DNA of 63,998 nucleotides, filler included, from Bonamia ostreae (Eukaryota): NCBI GenBank assembly GCA_040357525.1. It is 7 parts of 7 records of this genome, joined end to end, with 100 filler letters (N's around TTAATTAATTAA, not from the genome) between each part and the next. Parts side by side here need not be neighbours in the genome. Positions count along the whole stretch, not along the records: positions 47,609 to 56,619 come from JBDODL010000045.1; positions 56,720 to 63,998 come from JBDODL010000087.1; 5 more parts are not named here. One strand, 5' to 3'. Shown piece by piece: positions 51,553 to 62,940 of this stretch (position 1 is its first letter; each line of letters starts with the position of its first letter). The notes under the pieces were generated by a model. It saw only the letters and a program-made list of their open reading frames with translations, ran no database searches and was not told where the DNA came from. The position numbers and the translations under genes were made by a program.

Positions 51553-52613
51553 ATGAGCACAGATTCCGAGAAAAAAATTTCCGAGAAAGAAAAGGAGATT
51601 TACGATAGACAGATTCGCGTTTGGGGGTTCAAAGCGCAACAACGAATACGGAACGCGTCTGTGCTCTTGATCGGAGCAAACGCCCTCTCGGGCGAAACTG
51701 CCAAAAACATCGTCCTTGCAGGTTACCACTCGTCAAGTTAGGCGTGGGAGAACTCAACATTCTAGAAAGTGAGAACAGACTCGTCACGCAAAACGACATA
51801 AACAGCATTTTCTTTCTGGAGCAAAAGGACCTGGGCAAAAAAATATTGGGCGCGGTGAAAACTTACCTCGCCGAACTGAACCCCAACGTCCTCGTAAACA
51901 CGATCGAAGCGGATCTGACAGCGTTGACTTGACCATTATTAGGACCGACAGCCGCCTCCTCAAAAAACAGAGCGCGGTCTGCTCTTGCGAGGCCACCTTG
52001 GCAGCGCAGCTGTTCGCTGACCGGATTTGCAGAGCGAATAACGTTTGCTATTTGTCCGGCGACGTCTTCGGGGACAGCGGCGTCTGCTTTTCGGACTTTG
52101 GCGAAAGCTTTGTGTACAGGTTTCAAGCGTTTTAAGTATCGCCATTAAAGCGAAAAGGGGAAACAATCCGAACTGCGCTTTTCTTCGCTCGAAGACACTT
52201 TGGCCTTCACTGAAACGGCGCCGCGCCGAACGCTCAAGAACGCGATGCGCAGAGAAAAACTGTACTTCCGTCTCATAAAGCGTTTTAACTTGACCGCAAA
52301 AGTTTTGTACCAGTTCGAGCACAAGAACAGCCGATGGCCGACTCCCTCCGACTCGCCCGAAATCGAACGCGACTTGTATTCCGGGTCCGCCCAGAGCGAA
52401 TTCGAGTTCCCGGCGGGAGAGCTCAAGTTTTTATTTGACGTCAGTGAGTTCTTCGTGAGTCTGCAGAGAAACTCCCCCAACGTCGCCGCCATTCTGGGAG
52501 GAGTTTTGGCCCAGGAGATCCTGAAGGCGGCAGCCGGAAACGCGAGGCCGTTGCAGAACTGGCTGTTCTTCGGCCCGCTCGTCGGGAATTCGGCGGTGGT
52601 ATTGAATTTGTAA
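51553..52613 (+). CDS. SAE1: SUMO-activating enzyme subunit 1 (Aos1)
   Basis: YDRQIRVWG..ETAKNIVLAGVG..LAELNPNV..AAILGGVLAQEILKA..PLQNWLFF; introns 51722-51741, 51923-51942, 52129-52150. Confidence 0.88.
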
Positions 52614-52628
52614 ATTGTGCACTGACAT

Positions 52629-54372
52629 TTATGCGTAATAATCGAGGTTGGCTTTCTTCTTTTGCATCACTTGCGTGATCCCGTCCACGAAGTCTTCGTG
52701 TGCGATTTCTTTCGCTTCTCTGCGCAACGCGATCATCCCCGCCTCCACGCAAACCGCTTTCAGTTGCGCACCGTTGAAGTCGACGGTGCCTCGCGCGAGC
52801 TCGTCAAAATTGACTTCGCTGTGCGTCGTCATCGTCTTCGAGTGAATCGCCAGGATCCTCTTGCGCGCGGGTTCGTCCGGCAGCGGGAACTCGATCTTTC
52901 TGTCGAGACGGCCGGAGCGCATCAGCGCGGGGTCCAGCACGTCGGGCCGATTCGTGCTGGCGATTATCTTTATCCGCTCGTCGCTGCTGAACCCGTCCAA
53001 CTGGTTCAGAAGCTCCAGCATGGTCCGCTGAACTTCGCGGTCGCTGGCTTGGTCGCTGTCGAAGCGCTTTGTTCCGATGGCGTCGATTTCATCTTTACAA
53101 ACACAAAAACTTAAGTTCTGTTTTAACAAAATTTAGAAATATGGGCTTGATGATAACCAAAATTGCGTTTGGGAATGAAAAACGGGAAATTTTAGAAAAT
53201 TGCTGAAAATTTTTAAAAAAGGGAGAAAATAAAAATGGGGAATTTTAAAAAGTTCCTAAAAAATTATTAAAAAGGGAAAAATAAAAATGGGGAATTTTTG
53301 AAAATTGATAAAAATTTTAAAACAATTGCTAATAAACGTAAAAATCGGACAAATATTAAAATGTCGAATTTTAGAAAATTGCTTTTATTTGCAAAAATGG
53401 CTAGCTTCTATGAGGATACTCCCTGCCGCTATAACATCGCAAGACAAAAAAGCGATTGTGACGACATTATTTTCGAAAAATCAAAAAATCCAAAAGAAAA
53501 GAATATTTTAAACCGATGAAAATAATGCAATTGCCCTTTTCAGAAGCGAGCTTGAACACGTCGCGAACGATTCTCGCGCCGTCTCCGGTGTACATTTGCA
53601 CTAACTGCGGCGCAGAGATTTTAAGAAAACACGCGTTTGTCTTCGCGGCGCACGCCCTGGCCAACAAAGTCTTGCCTGTCCCGGGCGGACCGTGCAACAA
53701 CACTCCCTTTGGAGGACGGATCCCCACTTTTTTGAAGCGCTCGAGGGAGGTTATGGGAAGCACTACCGCTTCGTAGAGCTCTTCGATCTGCTTGTCGAGA
53801 CCTCCGACGTCGTTATAGTCCTCGGTCGGCTTCTCGTCCATTTCGAAGGCTTTGACTCTCGAGTCGTACTCCGCCGGAAGTTTGTCCAGCACCAAATAGC
53901 TGTCTTTGTTGGCGCCGACGCGTTCGCCGGGCTCCAAATCGTTGACAGGCACCGTCCCGATCACGGGGAGGAAAATGGTCTGCCGGGCGGAAGTCTTGAT
54001 GACGGCACACTTATTACGCACAGGTTTGTCTTCTCCGATGTCCCCACCGTCGGCCTCCGAGAAGGGGTCAATGTCGAGCAGCTCGACAACATCGCTGACG
54101 ATGTAAGGAAGCTGAGAGTTGATTTTCAGTTTGTCTTTGTTCTCTTTGATTTGGCGGTCCAACTCTCGATGCTCGTGTTTCAGTCTTTTAGGTGCGGTTG
54201 CAAACCTCGAGATGTCCTGGTTCATGATGTGGACGTTGGTCCGGAGCATCGAGACGAGCGATTTAATTGTAGAAGAATCTTTCCCGAGAATGTTGTTCAG
54301 AGCAGACAGAGATTCGAGTTTTGTTCGTTCTGCCTCGGGAATCTTATCTAGCGTCAAGATCTGATTAGCCAT
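52629..54372 (-). CDS. PSMC3: 26S proteasome AAA-ATPase Rpt5
   Basis: [47 protein letters not shown]-terminus; introns 53093-53513 and 54185-54205. Confidence 0.95.
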
Positions 54373-54409
54373 TTTTGCTAATTTATATCGTTTTTCAATA
54401 AAAAACAAA

Positions 54410-54483
54410 AGCTTCCAACGGGATTCGAACCCGTGGCCTCATCATTACTAATGATGTGCTATAACCAACTAAGCCATGGAAGC
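54410..54483 (-). tRNA. tRNA-Thr (anticodon AGT)
   Basis: GCTTCCA/TGGAAGC acceptor stem, CATCA-TTAGTAA-TGATG anticodon arm, GGTTCGAATCC T-arm, followed by TTTT. Confidence 0.95.
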
Positions 54484-54681
54484 ACAATAGTTTTAAAATT
54501 TTTGTGTTAATATTTATTAATTGTGAAAATCTGTATAAAGTAGATTTATTTCAATTAGACGAATATTTGTCTGAAATAAACAGAATGGATTCGGTTTAAA
54601 CTTATTAAATTTACTCTGAACTTATTAAGTTTTTCCGGTATATCACTTAGCTTAAAATAACTGCGGAACGCTCTAAACCTA

Positions 54682-55176
54682 ATGGCAGACCAGGTTAGCT
54701 CCGATAAATAAAAGAACCAACGCGCATTCCAAAAACAACCGACGATTTTCCTCGGCAGCAAACGCCTCTTGGCCAGAAAGACGAAGGAAGGCAAAGCCAG
54801 ATTCTGGAAGAACATCGGGCTCGGCTTCAAAACACCCGACGCCGCCAAACATGGCACCTTCATCGACAAGAAATGCCCCTTCACCGGCAACATCTCCATC
54901 AGAGGCAGAATCCTCTCCGGAAAAGTCATCTCCGCGAAGATGCAGCAGACCATCGTCGTCAAGCGGGAGTACATGCACTTCGTCAAAAAGTACAACCGCT
55001 TCGAGAAAAGACACAAGAATGTCTCCGTGCACTGCTCGCCCGCCTTCAAGGTGAAGATCGGCGACCTGGTCACCTTCGGCCAGTGCCGCCCTCTCTCCAA
55101 GACCGTGCGTTTCAACGTCCTGAGAATCGACCGAAAGAGCGATTCGCTCTCGGACGTGAAGGTGTTCAAGCACTGA
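54682..55176 (+). CDS. RPS11: 40S ribosomal protein S11 (uS17)
   Basis: [50 protein letters not shown]; intron 54694-54714. Confidence 0.96.
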
Positions 55177-55305
55177 TTAAATGGCATTTGCTATCAATTT
55201 TTTATTTATTCATCGGAGAATATATTAAATCGAATTATTTTTTGTTATAAAAATTGTGTTTGTTGGTCGAGAAAAAGGTTTAAAATTATAGCGATAAAAG
55301 ATTTA

Positions 55306-56452
55306 TTAATCGAGAAGGTTGTTGACCGCTCTCGTGACATTGTAATTGTTCCGGCGCAGCTGCCACCGGATCGTCTCGACGGGCACATTCGGGACTATCT
55401 GCGAGACGTTGTGGACCATTTGCTCGTGGCGTGTGTCTGGCGCTGCTCGTGAGTTCGCTTCGGTCCGCCGCTGCCGATTTCCGATGTTCGAGCCCGAAAA
55501 TATTTGGTGGAACTTCGAATTTGGATTAATGCAATAATCGATTGTCTGCTATAAAACTAAAGCTCGCAGAAAATTCAAATATTTAATATCAATTTTATAT
55601 AAAGATGTTAATAGTTTTTACAAAGCTTTCGATGTTAAGAAATGGGATTTGGTTTTCAAAACCTCGAAGTTGATCGATGGCAGCAGAAACCCCAGTCTCG
55701 GCGTGTTGAGTCTAAAAACGGTGTTGGCTCCGCCTTTAATTGTTCAGTTAAAACGTCTTTCGTACGAAGCGTTGAGCGAGGAGTTTCCGATCAAAAAAGC
55801 ATTTTGAGCCGAATCGGCATTTTGGATGGTAATGGACTTTCGGCACATAGGGCATAAGTTTTTATATTTCAACCAATTGAGTATGCACCGTCTTTGTAAT
55901 TTTAATATATTTTCGCGTCTGTTTAGAAATGCCCGATTTTAAGTTTTTGTAAATTGTTACAAATGGCCGATTCCGGAAAAGCAAAAAATTGATGCAATTA
56001 AATGGCCGTAAATGATCAATGAAAATTTTAAAAAACAAATGGAAAATGTGGCCGCAGTCCAGTTTCTTGCCTTCTTTTAACGATTCGCAGCAAATGACAC
56101 ATCGACCGACTTTTTCGATGTCTTCTTTGGTCGCATTCAAAAAGCTCTGCGAGAGCCTCTTGTTTATAGCGCGATATCGGATGTGCGACCGGATCTTTAT
56201 AAAAATCTTGTGGACGCTCCAGACGAATTTGTAGGCGACGATCTTAGCATTGTAAGTTAAAACGATGTTGAAGATGATGCTGCTGAATCCGCGCATGTAA
56301 TTGACGAACAGGATGTAGACGACGTCGCAAGAATTCAGGAAGATGTCTGCAACTTTGTCTATGTTGAACACGATGTCAGCCCTCTCTCCACAGGAAAAGT
56401 CTCCAAGCGGATAAGAATAAATTGCCAACTGAGTCGCTATTTGCACGCTCAT
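55306..56452 (-). CDS. ERAD RING-H2 E3 ligase with C-terminal CUE domain (gp78/AMFR/Hrd1-like), 5' truncated
   Basis: CVICCESLKEGKKLDCGHIFHLRCILNWL..CPMCR; MVHNVSQIVPNVPVETIRWQLRRNNYNVTRAVNNLL. Confidence 0.8.
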
Positions 56453-56619
56453 TAAAACTGATTTTAAATTCTTTTTTGAAGTTTTTTAGATAAAATTATT
56501 TTTTTGAAGCAAAAAAACTTTTAATTTTTTTTACGATAATAATTATTTTTTGAAACTTAAATATTTTTTGAGCTAAATTTTTCTATTTTTTTTATTTTGA
56601 AAATTTGTTTTTTAATATT

Positions 56620-56719
56620 NNNNNNNNNNNNNNNNNNNNNNNNNNNNNNNNNNNNNNNNNNNNTTAATTAATTAANNNNNNNNNNNNNNNNNNNNNNNNN
56701 NNNNNNNNNNNNNNNNNNN
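56620..56719. other. Artificial contig-joining linker
   Basis: N-TTAATTAATTAA-N, 100 nt. Confidence 0.95.
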
Positions 56720-56981
56720 GAAACGTCACAAAGGATGAAACGGAAACTGGAGAGATTTTATTTTATCAACTAAAAATTTAAGCTTTAATAGTTGGTGAAC
56801 GAGGATTTATAAAATCTCTTTATTTTATCAAACATTTTGTGTTTTCGAAAATTTAAATTGCAAAATATTCTTTACAACAAAAATTTTATACAAAGAAGGA
56901 AACCGACTTTTATTATCGATCATATTTTTAACAAATCATTTTTAACTAAAAAATTCTGAAAAATCAGATTTATAAAAGTGT

Positions 56982-58471
56982 TTAATCAAAAGTAGATTTT
57001 ATAACCGTTCCCTTTCCAGACTTGGTTTCACCAACATCCAGTTCAAAATGGATTTTTGTATACTTTACCGAATCGTATAGCGGTATTCCCACAAAGTTTA
57101 GCGTTTCCATGGTATGATCATTCACTCTATCTACAACAAATGAAGACAATCGCCATTTTGTAAATGCCGCCGTCATTTTGTCCTCGCGTCTAATCCGCAA
57201 AGCTATAAAATGATTAATGCACCGCCTGTCAGCAAAATCGGAGTAAAAACGCACCACCCTCCCAGGTCCTTCCCGATACACCGTCAATCGCTGTACGACA
57301 GAAGACCGCGAATAAATGACATCTTCGCACTGCTCGGTGACGTTAAAAGTCATGTGCATGTCGTTTTCCGCGGGATTTCCGAATTTGTCGCGGAGCCGCA
57401 CATCAAATTCGATGTATTCGTTCCTGTTTCTTTTGAGCTCTGCAAAGCTTTTATAGAAATACATTTTCAACGGCAGAAAATTTATTTTTAGGTCAACTAT
57501 AGATTTTCTCCCGATTTTGGTGTGAAACCAGAGTTTCAGAGTTTTGAGACCTGAACTAGAGCTACAAACGCTTACACAACACACAAAGTTTGCGTTCGAA
57601 TCTTTTCGGGGGGAAATTGTAACATTTTCAAAAGATTTCCACTTTGTGTCTATTTCAAGGCGGTTGCATTCCTTACTTGCAACTCTGTTGCCGTGGGAAT
57701 CCAACATTGTAACGTTAAAGACATTGTGGAGATTTTGTGAACAATTGGACACTTTCAACCTAATTACCGACCCTTCTTCCATCAGAAACACTTTTTTGGT
57801 AACGAATATTCTCTTGTAGTCAGCTCGGCCGGGTGTAACAAAGGTATTGTAAGCAGTGTCCAAAGAATAGTCGAAAACTTGTATTTTCACTCCCATCCGG
57901 TAAAAACCGGATTTGGTAAAATCAAAACTAACCGAAAAATTTCCAGATTTGGTGTAGTTTAAGCGGTGACCCGTGATTTTAGCACTATCAGGTTTGGATA
58001 TGATTTTTGGGTGTATTTTTATATAATCGGGGGTTTCTCCCTTGAACTTGAATGCGCTACCGCATTCATTCTTTTAGACATTTTTCAAATTTTTCAAATT
58101 GTACATTAATAACAAATCTCGCCATTTCACATTTCTGTTTTAATGTGCGATTTTTACAAAATGCAATTTTAATAAATGTTATTGATCCATCAACAGTTTT
58201 TGTGGACGAATGATAATAAATGTTTATGGATGATAATAATGAATGTGCAAACAGTCATATATGTAACAATAAAAACAACGAACGCGATAAAAATTACAAA
58301 AGGCGATCCCGCCTCCGTGACGTTGTCTCCTTTCGAGACAAACACTTTTTTTCGTTGTATTTTTGATTCATCACAGGATGTTATTAAACAAACAAACATG
58401 AAAATTTGCCCCAAAAAGAGAATTAGAGCCATTATTGTGATATATGAGAATTTTATTAAAGTTGGTAACAA
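56982..58471 (-). CDS. Hypothetical protein with N-terminal hydrophobic segments and filamin/Ig-like repeats
   Basis: DSHGN and VRLRDKFGNP motifs; frame open upstream of 57896; exon join to ORF 58190-58471 uncertain. Confidence 0.45.
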
Positions 58472-58529
58472 ATCTTCGGAGTTTTGAATTTCAGAGATTA
58501 TATTTATTGAGATGGTTAATGCGATTTAT

Positions 58530-58986
58530 TTAAATGCATTTCATTGTCAAGTCAAAATTGACCCCGTCTGCCATTTCAAAATCTGTAACTTTGATAACTA
58601 TATCCGACGTCGCTTGGAAGTCTAAAATCCGTTTGTAGATTCTCATTTGAAAATTGTCCCACGTGTTGGTTCCTTTTAAAAAGTTTTAAGGAAAAGTTTT
58701 TTTGATATAAAAATGATGTCACCTTCGCCACAGGGAGATTTTCTAGTGACTATTTTAAGGTTTTTGATAGGAAAGCGTTTCGGTCCTCTTATGTTTTTAG
58801 CGTCGAATCTCAAGGCATTTTCCTTCAAGCGACTGCAAGCTTATTTTGGTGCAAAAAACTTTTTTCGATATTTTTCTTGTTATTCGATGTAAGCTTTATC
58901 CGGACATTGTGAAGTTTTTGAACTTCTGTGTCAGCTTTTTTAGAAGAACCCATAGCTGTCGTTTTAGTTGGTTTTGCTGCAGACAT
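58530..58986 (-). CDS. RPS20: 40S ribosomal protein S20 (uS10); missed by ORF track
   Basis: [44 protein letters not shown]; introns 58840-58859 and 58673-58722. Confidence 0.95.
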
Positions 58987-59065
58987 TAGGGTTTCGTTAT
59001 TTATTTTGGTGTTAATAAATTAACGTGTTCGAATATATAAGCTATTGCTAAATATTTGTTTATTA

Positions 59066-59531
59066 ATGTCGGATAAAAAACTAGATCGCGATCCTAACGT
59101 TTCAGAGATATCGTCTCCTCTCGCTGACCAAAAATTAACAAAAAGATGTTTGCGCCTCGTTAGAAAAAGTTCAATTTGATAAATTTAAGCTTCGGATATT
59201 AAAAAATCATCCAGAGGCACCAAGATGGCGCTGAAATCGATAAAGAAAAAACGCAAAGGGTTTATCGTTAAACTAAAAGTTTGATGATTATTGCCTCGGA
59301 CGTCTATCCGATTGACACCATTAGCCATCTCTCCATTCTCTGCGAAGAGAACGACATTCCGTACGTCTTCGTTGTCAACAAGAACATATTGGGTTTAAAA
59401 TTCATATTAAAGGAGAAGCCTCTTTCTCCAAAAGACCAACAACTTGCATTTTTGTAAACAAACCGGACAAAGAAGAAAAATATTATAAGCTTTATAGAAA
59501 AACGGCAAAAAGAATTTCGTCTTTGAAATAA
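59066..59531 (+). CDS. NHP2: H/ACA snoRNP subunit Nhp2 (L7Ae family); missed by ORF track
   Basis: ISSPLADQKLTKR..RGTK..IIASDVYPIDTISHLSILCEENDIPYVFV..LGEASFSKRPT; introns 59169-59189, 59260-59279, 59393-59412. Confidence 0.92.
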
Positions 59532-59836
59532 AAAAAATTTGATTTTTGTTCATCAAAATTTTTAGAAATAGTTAAAATGCCAAGACGGCATTTATTCAAA
59601 ACGAAATAGCAATTTTCGACAATTTTTTTTGAAATGGTTAATAAAATGACAAAACGACATTTATTCAAAACGAAATAGCAATTTTCGACAATTTTTTTTG
59701 AAATGGTTAATAAAATGACAAAACGACATTTATTCGAAAACGAATTAAATCTTTATTGACCTTAAAAACTTTTTAAGCGCAAAAATTCACCGATTATTTT
59801 ATACCAAAAACTTTGACCATTAAACAATAAAGCTTA

Positions 59837-61326
59837 ATGCTTTTTTATATAATAAAAGCCATAATGTCCAATATATTCCGAACTAATAGTCGCCGTTTTG
59901 CGAAAATAAAAGAAGCTAACGCCAAAAAACAAGACCAATTTTGGCACTTCGATTACGCAGTTAAACAAAAGACCCAAATCCTGTTTCAAGAAACAAAATT
60001 GGCTCCGAAAACAAACGATCCCGTCAAAAGAAGCTTATTCAAACTCGTTTCAAATGATGTCTTCAACTCTTTTTCCACAAATAAAATGGCCGAAGAATGG
60101 ACCAGCTATCAAAAGCACGCCTTTTGTGTTTTCCCCATATCGCCTGAGATCTCAGCCCACCACATCGGATCCAATATGCAAAAAATCTTCGGCAAGGATC
60201 TCTCCGGCTTTGAAATTTTGCCCTATGACGAAAATCTTCGCAGCTTGAAACCCGATTCAGACAACCCGCTGGTTAATTTTCGACCATTAAATTTTAGCGG
60301 GGAACGATATTGACCAACTTGACGGTAAACAAAAGAATAATCAGAAAATCGAAAAACAGCAGCAAACAGGATTATCAGAAGAAAGTCAAAGACACTCTCA
60401 GAATTCTGCAATTCTATCTCAAAGGGCTCAGTTTGTGGCCCAACATTCAAAATCATTACAGTTTGAACTTAAGCTTTAAAAATAAAAAAATTATGTAAAA
60501 TGTCCAAAAGGTTCCAAACATCGGAAAAAACCGTGGATCGGAAATTTCTGGACGGATCGGCCAAAATTTATGCGATTTGTTATCGAAAGACTTGAAACGG
60601 ATTTGAAAGAATCCATTATTTCGTCTTGGCATTCTCAACAAGTTGCAATCGCTATTTTGACATAATTTGATAAAAGAGAATCAAGTTGTTGGCGCTGCAT
60701 AAAAGGTTCGATACGATCGTTTGTTCCAAATCGCAATTGCCTGAAGCCAAGAAAAAAGGCTACGGGAAAATGCGATTTTTGAGCAACAAAACGCCGTTCG
60801 GTTATTCCAATTGGTCCGATTTTTCATTTTTCGCTTATTCTGTTTATTAATTTTTACTAAAAAACCAGAAAAAATTTGCAAAAAAATTAAAAATCGCTCA
60901 ATAAAATTTGGCAAAAAATTAAAATTTGGCAAAAAAAATTAGAATTGTCAAAAAAATTAAAAATCGCTCAATAAAATTCGTCAAAAAATTAAAAAAAAAA
61001 GCCCTAAAAATTGTAAAAAATTCAAAAATCGATAAAAAAAAATCGCAAATAAAAATTGGATAAAAACAAAATTCAAAAACTAGAAAGAAATGCCAATGAC
61101 AAAACCGATCGTTTTGCCAAAAATAGGAAAAGTTTTTGTTTTAGACAGACCGGATCAAAGTCGTTTTAAAATAAAAGTTTATTACGACAAAAATGGCCGA
61201 TGCTTTTTGGAATATCAAAGCAAATCAATGATCAAGAAACTTAATGAAAAACGAAAATTGAAAATTTGGAAGTTGACCGATTCTTTCTATTCTTTTTACA
61301 AACGCGGAATTGACATTGTTTTTTAA
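59837..61326 (+). CDS. Hypothetical multi-exon protein
   Basis: Consecutive plus-strand open segments separated by GTT..AG gaps; no family recognised. Confidence 0.35.
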
Positions 61327-62940
61327 CGGCTGAAATTTAAATATTCAATTTTCGTCGTTCAGAACATAAATTTATTCAAAATCGCAAATTCAATTATTTG
61401 TGATAAAAATGGATAAAAGTTAATAATTTTTTGCGATAAATTTAGCCGGGCACAAAAATGGATAAAAGTTATTTGTTAAGAAAATACGCGATCGTTTATT
61501 TGAACAAAAAAATTGAGCCGTTTCGGTTAATAAATTTGCAATGTTTAGGAACCAATTTGGGAGTTTTTAAACTATAAAATTTAGAAAGCTTTGGCTAAAT
61601 TTAACGAAATAAATTATAAACTGAATGTTACTATATCGCAAAATCGAAAACAGAAAATGATTGAAGAAAAATTTTTGAAAAAGTTCGAAAACATGGAAAG
61701 TACACAAATCCAACAAAATGGTAAAATAATCTTTTTTAACTTTTTTAACCAATTTAGTGAAACAAATTAAATTTGCCAATCTCGGAGATACAATTAATTC
61801 ATATTTTCAGTTACGAAATCTCGGATGTCAAGTTTTTATTTTTGGTAAAATTTGATCAATTTTAAAAATTGCAATCGTAAAAAATTTAGACCGAATTTAT
61901 GTACAAGAAAATACATAAAGAAAACGAAAAAATCAAATATGTCTTAGGAAAAGAACAAGGAATTTCTGAACCAAAATTAAAAGATTCGGAAATTGAGAAA
62001 CTTTTCAAAATACAAAAAGAACTAAAAGAACATTACAAAATTTTCAAGGAACATCCTATTTTCGAAGACGAGGAATGTTCTTATGATGATCCTCCTTCTT
62101 TTTAAATAATTTTTTTCTATTTGTTTTTTATTGTACTTGTTTTTTCCTGATAAAAATATTTGACAAAAATTGTTTTCTGCTAAAAATTACTGAAACGCAT
62201 TTTAGAAGAAAATTTCACTTTTATGCTATAAAAGATGTAGAAAGCCAAAAATGATAATTCTTGATCTACAATTCAAAGTTGCTATTTAAAAGTTGCCAAA
62301 TCAATGATAAAAAGAAGTCAAATTTAAAACGTCAGAAAAAGACAATTAAAAGATATTACAATTTTTAAAAAATCGTAAAGCAATCTTTTTAAACAAAACT
62401 AATGTTTTGGAAGCAATCGGCAATAAATGACAACTGGAACTAAAAATATTTTATTTTAGAGTTCGAGTAAAGTTTAGAAGATTCTCCTTAATTTAAAATA
62501 AATTTATTAGTTTTCTTATATCAAAACATTTTAAAAAAGTTCACCACATTTTTAAACTTGAATGCAGAAATCTGATTTATTGTCTGATACACTGACAAAT
62601 CGAGAAATAAACGGAAATTACAATTTGCCTTTTCTAAAGCAAGTTTTTGCGCATCTCATTAAATTTTAATGTTAAAATTTTCAAAATAAAAAAAATAATT
62701 TGATATCACTTTGTAAAATTTGCTGTACAAAATTTAAATTTGATATCATTTTTATATCAATAAAAGCTGCTTTTAAGCTTTTATTATACACAAAATGTTT
62801 AATCTGTGTTCATAAAAATATATCACGAGTTTGTAATGTTTTATCGTTGCACAGACAATAATATGATCGTTTTATTTTGAAACATAAATTATAAAATCAA
62901 TAAAACGCAATTTCGGATAATGCTAAATTATAAAACTTAG

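Noticed and set aside
54694-54714. In-frame TAA/TAG in conserved genes suggesting stop-codon reassignment or frameshifting
   Set aside because: Cases examined fall inside GT..AG micro-introns whose removal restores conserved sequence; TAA and TGA end genes normally
9584-56719. Six identical TTAATTAATTAA motifs at ~9.4-kb spacing
   Set aside because: Each sits in a 100-nt N block; it is a six-frame-stop concatenation linker, not biology
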